Below are positions 24,093 to 31,408 of a stretch of DNA of 32,000 nt, in pieces (within the stretch, counting starts at the first letter, position 1; the number at the start of each line of letters is the position of its first letter). The DNA is from Desulfotalea psychrophila LSv54. GTDB taxonomy: Bacteria > Desulfobacterota > Desulfobulbia > Desulfobulbales > Desulfocapsaceae. The translations under genes and the position numbers were made by a program. The notes below the pieces were generated by a model. It ran no database searches and was not told where the DNA came from. It saw only the letters and a list, made by a program, of their open reading frames with translations. Location: the NCBI RefSeq assembly GCF_000025945.1, contig NC_006138.1, forward strand, positions 510,001 through 542,000. Direction: 5' to 3'.

Positions 24093-24902
24093 TTAATCTT
24101 CGGAAGAATCTGAATCAACCCCATTCAGCTTCCAATCATAGTCTAAAAAGTCTATCTCAATCCTATCGGCCAGCAGCTCATGGCGCTCGGCCTCACTGAG
24201 CCCCAGAGATTTGCTGTAAAGGGCTAAAAACTGGGACAGAGTTCTTGCCCCACGCCAGCCAGCCCCAAAATCCTGACCATACCACTTAAAGATACTGGAA
24301 ACCTGTAGCTTTCCCCCACTGAGCCTGTTTCTCCTCCTGTCCGCAAGAAACATGGTGGTTGCCTCCTGCAACTGCCCCTCCAGTCTATCCTTCTGATATG
24401 CATGATCTTTCAGGGCTGGGCAACCAATGCTAGCGCAGTTTAGGGCAAAATGTATCCTGGGATCCCCGTATCGCCCGGAACCGCGGATGAGACCGTGCTC
24501 AAGATCATCCAGGGAGCGTTTTTGTCCCAACAGGGAAAAGAACTTCTTTTTCCACGGCGATTGAAAAAATGAGCCCAGCTCTTTGATTGATTGCAGATTG
24601 GAATACCTGCTAAGAATCAACTCAACCGTCCAGGCGTTATAGGCGTTAATGAGAAAGGCAAGTTGTCCAGCCTTTGTCCAGCTATCAAACTGGCCACGGC
24701 TGACCTGTGACAGCTGATCGAGATAGGCAGAGAGTAGGGGCCTCTCCCTGGCCATAGCCGCATAATCCACTTTGGTTTCCTGTCCACCCTGATAGACCCG
24801 AACATGCTCCTGCAAGAGAGAATCCCAGGGGCCATGATCAAAGGCTACGGCCTCAACAACGGGGCAAACAAGGATAAACAGGACAAACAAAAGAGAGCGC
24901 AT
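24093..24902 (-). CDS. Secreted DUF547 domain protein
   Basis: ATG at 24902 with GGAGG upstream (the track ORF starts at TTG 24917). Signal peptide MRSLLFVLFILVCPVVEA. DUF547 signature: AFLINAYNAWTV...SLDDLEHGLIRG...DPRIHFALNCASIGCPAL. Confidence 0.85.
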   Translation of the reverse strand: MRSLLFVLFILVCPVVEAVAFDHGPWDSLLQEHVRVYQGGQETKVDYAAMARERPLLSAYLDQLSQVSRGQFDSWTKAGQLAFLINAYNAWTVELILSRYSNLQSIKELGSFFQSPWKKKFFSLLGQKRSLDDLEHGLIRGSGRYGDPRIHFALNCASIGCPALKDHAYQKDRLEGQLQEATTMFLADRRRNRLSGGKLQVSSIFKWYGQDFGAGWRGARTLSQFLALYSKSLGLSEAERHELLADRIEIDFLDYDWKLNGVDSDSSED

Positions 24903-27052
24903 CACAACCTCCTCCAACTGTGGTACCTTTCTGCCCAGGCTAGCAATCTCCTAGGCAAATGTTTTCGCTTCCATCCTCCTGCCGCATATTTATTAGCCTC
25001 GGCAAGGGTCGGATAGGTATGAATAGTGGACAGGATCTTATTGAGTCCCAGACCGTGTTTCATGGCCAGGACAAATTCTGCCAGAAGATCGCCCGCATGC
25101 TCACCGACAATGGTTACCCCCAGGATACGATCCTTATTGGGCACGGTGAGTATCTTGATAAAGCCCTCTCTTACCCCGTCGGTGATGGCCCGATCAAGAT
25201 CATCCAGATCGTAACGAGTAACCTCCACGTCAACACCACGCTCAGCCGCCTCCTGTTCATTGAGACCGACCCGAGCAACTTCAGGATCAACGAAGGTCGT
25301 CCAAGGAATGACAGAGTAATCTACCTTAAATTTCTTAATCCCACCAAAGAGGGCATTGACCACCGCATACCAGGCCTGATGGGCGGCGGTATGGGTAAAC
25401 TGGTAGGGACCGGCCACATCACCTGCGGCAAAAATATTAGGATAGAGGGTCTGTAAATATTCGTTAGTCAGCACCGTTCGCTTCACAGGAATACCAAGCT
25501 CCTCCAGACCGTAACCCTTGAGCCTGGCAACCCGACCGACTGCACAGATAAGGGCATCAAATGCCAGGCGTAGCTCCTGCCCCTCATGCTCAACGACAAT
25601 GTATTTTTCCTCACCAGCCCTTTCGCAGCGCAGGGCTGTATGCCCAGTGAGAACATGGACACCATCTGCCCCAAGAGATGCCTCAACAATGGCTGCGGCA
25701 TCTGCATCTTCGCGGGGCAACAACCGAGCCCCCCTCTGTATCTGCCAAACCTCAGAGCCCAAGCGGGCAAGGGCCTGAGACAACTCACAACCAATTGGCC
25801 CGCCCCCCAGTACCAGCAAACGCCGCGGTGCTTCATCCAAATTGGCAAAGGCATTCCAGAGGGTCTCATTGGTGAGATAATCAACCGCATCAAGCCCAGG
25901 CAGGGGTGGAATAAATGGCCCTGCCCCTGTGGCAATAATAACGGCACGTGATGTCAGTCGCCGGGTTTCGCCACTCTTGAGTTTCACCTCCACGGTCCAG
26001 GGATCCAACAGCCTGGCGTAACCACAGAGGACCTCTACCCCGAGATCCGTATAGCGTTCAACGCTATCATGGGGCTCAATCGTAGCAATAATCCGATGAA
26101 CCCTCGCCATCACCCGGCGAAAAGAGAAGCTCAGTTCAACGGCATCAAGTCCATACTTATCTCCATTGCGAATATGATGGGCAACTTTCGCACTTTTTAT
26201 CAAGGCCTTGCTTGGCACACAACCATAGTTGAGACAGTCTCCCCCCATCTCTGCCGCTTCAACAAGAGTCACCTTTGCCTTAAGGGTAGTGGCAATATAG
26301 GCGCTTACCAAGCCGGCAGCCCCGGCACCAATGACAATAAGATTACGATCAAAGCGAGCAGGTCTCAACCATTTTGCATAGAGCCGCCGCCCCTTAAACC
26401 AGGCTATGCCCCTTTTACAGATCAATGGAAAGATGCCTAAAAGAGCAAAGGAGAACAACAGCCTCGTCGACAGTATCCCCCCAAGGCTCTCTACTTGAGC
26501 CAGTTGGGTGCCTGCATTAACATAAACAATAGTCCCCACCAACATACCAAGCTGACTTACCCAGGCAAATGTCCGCAGCCGAATCGAGGTGAGACCCATG
26601 AGCAGGTTAATGACAAAAAAGGGAAAAATGGGGACCAGGCGCAGGGTGAAGAGATAGAAGGCACCCTCCTCCTCCATCCCCCTGTTTACGGCATGAAGGC
26701 GATCCTGGAAACGGCTTTGCACGATTTCACGAAGAAGAAAACGAGAGAGAAGAAAGGCCAGGCTGGCACCGAGAGTTGAGGCAAAGGAGACAATCAGCAC
26801 CCCCCAGATAAGACCGAATATGGCTCCTGCCGCCACCGTTAGCACCCCCGCTCCCGGCAGGGAGAGCGAGGCAACCACTGCATAGAGACCAAAAAAACTC
26901 AGCCCGGCCAGAATGGGCTCAGCGTTCCGCCAACTCTCCAGCTGAACCTGCCTGGTCTTAATAGCCTGCAAAGAGAGATAGCTATCAAGGCCGAAAAAAT
27001 AATAGGCCGAGACCAGAGCAATGACAGTGCCAACAATCAGATATTTTTTCAT
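24902..27052 (-). CDS. Fusion of a DedA/TVP38 (VTT) membrane domain with a class I pyridine nucleotide-disulfide oxidoreductase (lipoamide dehydrogenase / mercuric reductase-like)
   Basis: 716 aa. The N-terminal ~230 aa are polytopic and carry LRLVPIFPFFVINLLMG. The remainder has [10 protein letters not shown], the redox-active GGDCLNYGCVPSK motif and a C-terminal interface HTYPTLAE. Its stop overlaps the DUF547 ATG as TGATG. Confidence 0.9.
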   Translation of the reverse strand: MKKYLIVGTVIALVSAYYFFGLDSYLSLQAIKTRQVQLESWRNAEPILAGLSFFGLYAVVASLSLPGAGVLTVAAGAIFGLIWGVLIVSFASTLGASLAFLLSRFLLREIVQSRFQDRLHAVNRGMEEEGAFYLFTLRLVPIFPFFVINLLMGLTSIRLRTFAWVSQLGMLVGTIVYVNAGTQLAQVESLGGILSTRLLFSFALLGIFPLICKRGIAWFKGRRLYAKWLRPARFDRNLIVIGAGAAGLVSAYIATTLKAKVTLVEAAEMGGDCLNYGCVPSKALIKSAKVAHHIRNGDKYGLDAVELSFSFRRVMARVHRIIATIEPHDSVERYTDLGVEVLCGYARLLDPWTVEVKLKSGETRRLTSRAVIIATGAGPFIPPLPGLDAVDYLTNETLWNAFANLDEAPRRLLVLGGGPIGCELSQALARLGSEVWQIQRGARLLPREDADAAAIVEASLGADGVHVLTGHTALRCERAGEEKYIVVEHEGQELRLAFDALICAVGRVARLKGYGLEELGIPVKRTVLTNEYLQTLYPNIFAAGDVAGPYQFTHTAAHQAWYAVVNALFGGIKKFKVDYSVIPWTTFVDPEVARVGLNEQEAAERGVDVEVTRYDLDDLDRAITDGVREGFIKILTVPNKDRILGVTIVGEHAGDLLAEFVLAMKHGLGLNKILSTIHTYPTLAEANKYAAGGWKRKHLPRRLLAWAERYHSWRRL

Positions 27053-27087
27053 AAGCTTTTCCGCCTGATACAGGTGAGAGAGGACGA

Positions 27088-28386
27088 CTATGCCATAGAG
27101 ACGCCGGTGATTCTCGAAAGTTCGGAATCAAGTGAAACAAGGTCGTCCCTGTTGAGATCATGAATTGACCGTTTACCACAGAGACGGGCAATGGCCTTTA
27201 CCTCCTCGGTGGCTGCACTAATAAAATTAGCCACCCGCATACCCCCATCATGAATGTCAAGGCCCTCTGATAGCGACTGCCCGCCCTGAGCTACCGACAG
27301 AGAGGAAGGGCCAAGCGCTATCTTCAAAGCTCCACTCATATAGACACCATCGGCCCCGAGGGCAATCGCCTTGGCAATATCACCCGAATGGCGAATGCCA
27401 CCGGCGGCAATGAGAGTGACCCGCTCGCGCAGACCTGTTAGATCCAGAAAATCACCGACACGAGGCAGAGAGTAGATGAGGGGCAGACCGACATGCTCCC
27501 CCACCGTCACTGAAACAGTATCGAGACAGCCCTCGCCACCATCAATAACCAGCACATCCGGGATACAATCCTGACTAAAAATAGCCTCAAGATCATTCTG
27601 CAAATGCCCACCGGCAAGCTTTAAAGAGATCGGTTTACCATCCAGCAAGCGCCGTAACTCCAGAATTTTTTTCGAGAGATCTTTGGCGCTTTTAATATCC
27701 TGGCGCATTGCCGGTGACTGAGGCATCTTTCCCTGACCAAGTCGACTCACAGCAGCAATTTCTGCAATAACCTTTCCCCTTCGGACCTTACCGCCAATGC
27801 CGAATTTTACTCCCTGAGAAATTTTTATCTCAACCATATCTGCCCCCCGCAGACTCTCCTCACTGACCCCAAACCGATCGGTGGGAAACTGTACGGTGAC
27901 CCGGTTTGTCAGGGCCATCTCCTCATCCCCCATCCCCCCATCACCTGTATGCACAATGGTTCCCGCCAAAAATGAGCCAAGGGCAAGAGCCATGCTCGCC
28001 TCCTTACTGAGGGGACCACAGGACATGGCTGCATTCAAAATCGGAGTCTGGAGGAAAACAGGCTGCCTAGCCCTTTTGCCAAGAACAACTCTTGAGTCAA
28101 TCTCCACCTCATGACCTAGGGGAAAGTTATTTACCTGAGCAGGTAGGAAGATCAGGTCATCCATCCCCAAAAATGTCCTTGCCGTTACCCTACCCTCTTG
28201 GTGGTAGGACCCCATTTCTGCCATGGACCTGATTATCGGCCTGCTGTTCAGATCCCATCTGCCAAAATTATCCGCGTTAGTATCGTGAATAAAGATCCGG
28301 GCAGATGCCATACAGACTGGGCAAAAGCAAAAATCAATATCCCCCGCATGTAGATAGCCACAAACCGGGCAGAGATAGTTAGTCAT
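27088..28386 (-). CDS. Glutamate synthase (GltS) FMN-domain-like protein with an N-terminal CxxC...CxxC zinc ribbon; degenerate paralogue lacking the [3Fe-4S] and GGTGA motifs
   Basis: 432 aa and collinear with 29803-31131. It reads GGEGCLDTVS where the paralogue has GSEGGTGAAP. It reads LGPSSLSVAQGGQSLSEGLD where the paralogue has IGCTYLRQCHLDNCPYGIATQ. Confidence 0.88.
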   Translation of the reverse strand: MTNYLCPVCGYLHAGDIDFCFCPVCMASARIFIHDTNADNFGRWDLNSRPIIRSMAEMGSYHQEGRVTARTFLGMDDLIFLPAQVNNFPLGHEVEIDSRVVLGKRARQPVFLQTPILNAAMSCGPLSKEASMALALGSFLAGTIVHTGDGGMGDEEMALTNRVTVQFPTDRFGVSEESLRGADMVEIKISQGVKFGIGGKVRRGKVIAEIAAVSRLGQGKMPQSPAMRQDIKSAKDLSKKILELRRLLDGKPISLKLAGGHLQNDLEAIFSQDCIPDVLVIDGGEGCLDTVSVTVGEHVGLPLIYSLPRVGDFLDLTGLRERVTLIAAGGIRHSGDIAKAIALGADGVYMSGALKIALGPSSLSVAQGGQSLSEGLDIHDGGMRVANFISAATEEVKAIARLCGKRSIHDLNRDDLVSLDSELSRITGVSMA

Positions 28387-28430
28387 ACATGACCCCTCTA
28401 AAGAAAAATGAAGATTAATAAAGGTTGTCT

Positions 28431-28497
28431 CTACAGTATCTCTATTTTAGGACTCAGTTACAAGCGGGGTACAGGATGGATGGGAATTTAAGGTGAG
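28431..28497 (-). promoter_or_regulatory. Conserved leader element upstream of GltS-like B
   Basis: 67-nt block matching 31180-31246. The distal 43 nt (28455-28497) are identical in both copies. The block ends 45 nt upstream of the ATG. Confidence 0.5.
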
Positions 28498-28914
28498 GAA
28501 GCGAGATAGAGGCAAGGCCACGGATTATGTAGCGGTGAAGTAAGTAGCAATAGGAGGTGACAGCGGGATTGCCTTCATATATACCTATTATATTAAAAAT
28601 TTAAGCTACAGGGTAGCTGAAGCAAGGATGAATGAGAGACCACATAAGTGTGTATTTAATGGAAACCGCCGTGACAAGCGGGAAAAGATTATATGGAACA
28701 ATGCCCTTTGGACCTGTGGAGAATATTATGCAAACGGTCGCTGCAAGTCTGTAAAAAAGATAAAAGAGATGACTGAATGCAGACCTAGGAAAGAAGGGGC
28801 CTAACAGGTTAGTCCCTAACCTGTGGCTGCAGGGCAGGCTGGAACGATCAAAAGGGCAAGCCCTGCAAGGCCCTGCTGACAATCCACTCAATTCTCTCTC
28901 TTAAAAGCCTCAGC

Positions 28915-29793
28915 CTACTCCACATTTTCTCTTTCGCTTAAAAAGCTGATGATATCTGCTTGCTCCTCCTCATCAAGGAAGTCGGGCTCATCCATAATGA
29001 CAATCATCCGCTCGACGGTGACCGTCCACTCCTTTGCACTTTTTTTTGCCTCGAAAACCCTATCCAGATTATGGCAGAGAGTGCATTTACGGGAGACTAG
29101 GCTCCTGCCCATCTCATTTTCCGGATCGACCTGCCTCCTGCCCTGCCTCTCCTCCTGCTGTTTAAGCAGATAGTTAAGCACCTGCTTCAAATCAAAGCCT
29201 GTTATATTTGGTGAGTCCAGTTGAGCCATCCTATTCACAGTCACAACCCAATCATCCTCGCTCTTATAGGCCCGATATACCCGTTCAAGGCTGTGGCATT
29301 TATTACACTTGCCGGTCATAAGCGCCTTGCCGAGTTCAATATCCAGCACATCACTGTCCTGAACCGAGAGAGTGGTATAGACAAAATCTGAGCGATGCAG
29401 AATATAATACCCAGCTGTAATTCCGCTAAGAACAAAGGAGAAGGTAAAAATAGTAATCCCCAGCAGGGGCAGCTTTTCACTGCAATGAGGAAGTCGCCTC
29501 ACCACCAAGACCTTGACTAATAAGAGGGGGATAAGAGCAAGAGCAAGGGCTATATGAAAGACGGCTCGGGCACTCAACTCTTGCTGCAAACCTGCCGCCT
29601 TCTCGATCATAAAGAAGAGAATAAGGGCAAAGAGGGCAATAAACAGATAGCCGAGAATCCTATGGGCAGATATCAATCCGGATTTTCCACCATTATCTCT
29701 TATCCTACCGGTTATCTCCAGCATGAGAAAAAGAGTTATACCAGCGACAAGGACAAAGAGCAGGGCCAGAACAGATGCAATGAGAGGATGCAT
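28915..29793 (-). CDS. Membrane protein: four transmembrane helices fused to a periplasmic dihaem cytochrome c domain
   Basis: 292 aa. Two CxxCH motifs (CNKCH, CTLCH) sit in a duplicated module C..CH..-RV-x7-9-W.VTV.RM. This resembles the haem-binding domain of the quinohemoprotein amine dehydrogenase alpha subunit. AAGGAG SD; the ATG lies 10 nt after the upstream stop. Confidence 0.85.
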   Translation of the reverse strand: MHPLIASVLALLFVLVAGITLFLMLEITGRIRDNGGKSGLISAHRILGYLFIALFALILFFMIEKAAGLQQELSARAVFHIALALALIPLLLVKVLVVRRLPHCSEKLPLLGITIFTFSFVLSGITAGYYILHRSDFVYTTLSVQDSDVLDIELGKALMTGKCNKCHSLERVYRAYKSEDDWVVTVNRMAQLDSPNITGFDLKQVLNYLLKQQEERQGRRQVDPENEMGRSLVSRKCTLCHNLDRVFEAKKSAKEWTVTVERMIVIMDEPDFLDEEEQADIISFLSERENVE

Positions 29794-29802
29794 GGAGTCT
29801 CC

Positions 29803-31131
29803 TTATAGCATGGGTATACCGGTGATTCTTGACAGTTCAGGATCAAGCGAGCCAAGGTCATCCCTATTGAGGGCATGGATTGATGATTTGCCACAGATAC
29901 GGGCAATGGACTTCACCTCCTCGGTGGCAGCGCCGATAAAATTGGCCACCCGCTGCCCCGCAGCCTGCACATCAAGCCGTTTCCGCAGACTGCCATCCTG
30001 AGTTGCTATACCGTAGGGGCAGTTGTCCAGATGACACTGGCGCAGGTAGGTACAGCCAATCGCTATCTTCAGGGCCCCACCCATATAAACCCCATCGGCA
30101 CCAAGGGCAATCGCCTTGGCTATATCTCCCGGATGACGAATGCCGCCGGCTGCAATCAGGGTGACCCGATCGCGTAGACCATTCCGATCCAAAAACTCAG
30201 CTATGCGGGGCAGGGAGTAAATAAGTGGCATGCCGACATGATCCTTGACCGTGACCGGGGCAGCACCTGTGCCCCCCTCACTCCCATCAATAACCAACAC
30301 ATCGGGAATATTTTCCTGGCTGAAGATAGCGGCAAGATCATTCTGCAGATGGCCACCGACAAACTTCAGAGAGATCGGTTTTCCACCTATCAGGCTACGT
30401 AGCTCCAGGATCTTGGCAGAGAGGTCTTTTACGTCTCTGATATCCTCATGTACAGCCGGCGACTGAGCCATCTTGCCCGGCGCTATCTGACGAACGGCGG
30501 CAATTTCTGCTGTGACCTTTGCCCCCGGCAATTTACCGCCCATGCCGGGTTTTGCTCCCTGAGAGATCTTAATTTCGATCATATCTGCGAGCTGCAACCT
30601 CTCCTCGCTGACACCGAAGCGACCGGTGGCATACTGCAGAGTAATACGGTCTGCCAACGCTCTCTCCTCATCCAGCATGCCGCCCTCACCGCTATTGGCA
30701 ATGGTACCGGCCAGAGATGAACCAAGGGCAAGCGCCATCTTGGCCTCTTTACTGAGGGCACCATAGGACATTGCTGCATTTAAAATCGGGGTCTGGAGGA
30801 GAACAGGCTGCCCGGCTACCTTGCCGAGGACAAGTGTCGAGTCCACCTCCACCTCATCACCCAGGGGCAGGGTCTCTAACTGAGCAGGGAGAAAGATCAG
30901 GTCGTCCATCCCCAGAAATTTTCTGGTCGTGCCCTTTCCCTCCAGATAATAGGTGCCCGTTTCTGCCATGGATCTGATCATCAGCCTGGTGTTTAGATCC
31001 CATCTGCCAAAATTTTCCGCGCCACTGTCGTGAATAAAGATAGTGGCAGGTGAATTACAGACTGGACAGAGATGAAAATCAATGGGCCCCGAATGCAGAT
31101 AGCCGCAGACCGGACAACGCTGGCTTGTCAT
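29803..31131 (-). CDS. Glutamate synthase FMN-domain-like flavoprotein with an N-terminal zinc ribbon and an intact C-x5-C-x4-C [3Fe-4S] motif
   Basis: The track ORF starts at GTG 31167. The ATG at 31131 (MTSQRCPVCGY...) matches the paralogue's start. Motifs present: QGAKPGMGGKLPG, SPAVHEDI, GGTGAAP, AAGGIRHPGD and GCTYLRQCHLDNCPYGIATQ. Confidence 0.9.
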   Translation of the reverse strand: MTSQRCPVCGYLHSGPIDFHLCPVCNSPATIFIHDSGAENFGRWDLNTRLMIRSMAETGTYYLEGKGTTRKFLGMDDLIFLPAQLETLPLGDEVEVDSTLVLGKVAGQPVLLQTPILNAAMSYGALSKEAKMALALGSSLAGTIANSGEGGMLDEERALADRITLQYATGRFGVSEERLQLADMIEIKISQGAKPGMGGKLPGAKVTAEIAAVRQIAPGKMAQSPAVHEDIRDVKDLSAKILELRSLIGGKPISLKFVGGHLQNDLAAIFSQENIPDVLVIDGSEGGTGAAPVTVKDHVGMPLIYSLPRIAEFLDRNGLRDRVTLIAAGGIRHPGDIAKAIALGADGVYMGGALKIAIGCTYLRQCHLDNCPYGIATQDGSLRKRLDVQAAGQRVANFIGAATEEVKSIARICGKSSIHALNRDDLGSLDPELSRITGIPML

Positions 31132-31179
31132 AGATGCCCCCCTGGAATAGATGTCAATTTTTAACACTTACCTCAACAT

Positions 31180-31246
31180 CTACAGTATCGCTATTTTGAG
31201 GCGCAGTTACAAGCGGGGTACAGGATGGATGGGAATTTAAGGTGAG
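31180..31246 (-). promoter_or_regulatory. Conserved leader element upstream of GltS-like A
   Basis: Partner of 28431-28497. The identical 43-mer spans 31204-31246. The block ends 49 nt upstream of the ATG at 31131. Confidence 0.5.
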
Positions 31247-31408
31247 AGAATGAATTAAACGCTGAAACCATGCCCTGAGGAGGGAGACTGGGGCTAGTGA
31301 GCAAGCTCCACTGATTCTATTTATCAAAAGACAATAGCAGGAAAGAAGCAAACCATCCTCCAACTCACTCACTTTTTAGTCCGTTGCACTTATTGTACAA
31401 ACCCAGCT

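Noticed and set aside
28470-28495. + strand reading ggatggatgggaatttaaggtgag superficially resembles FMN-riboswitch (RFN) segments, which is tempting next to FMN enzymes
   Set aside because: It lies on the strand opposite the genes. The other conserved RFN blocks are absent, and nothing downstream on the + strand could be regulated.
28601-28891. 96-aa reverse-strand ORF in the 528-bp gap between the cytochrome gene and GltS-like B
   Set aside because: It has a TTG start, no SD, a Cys/Pro/Ser-rich composition and no recognisable family. The region also holds hairpins (acaggtta-N5-taacctgt at 28804-28824; agctac-N3-gtagct at 28605-28619), which look more like terminator or leader structure.
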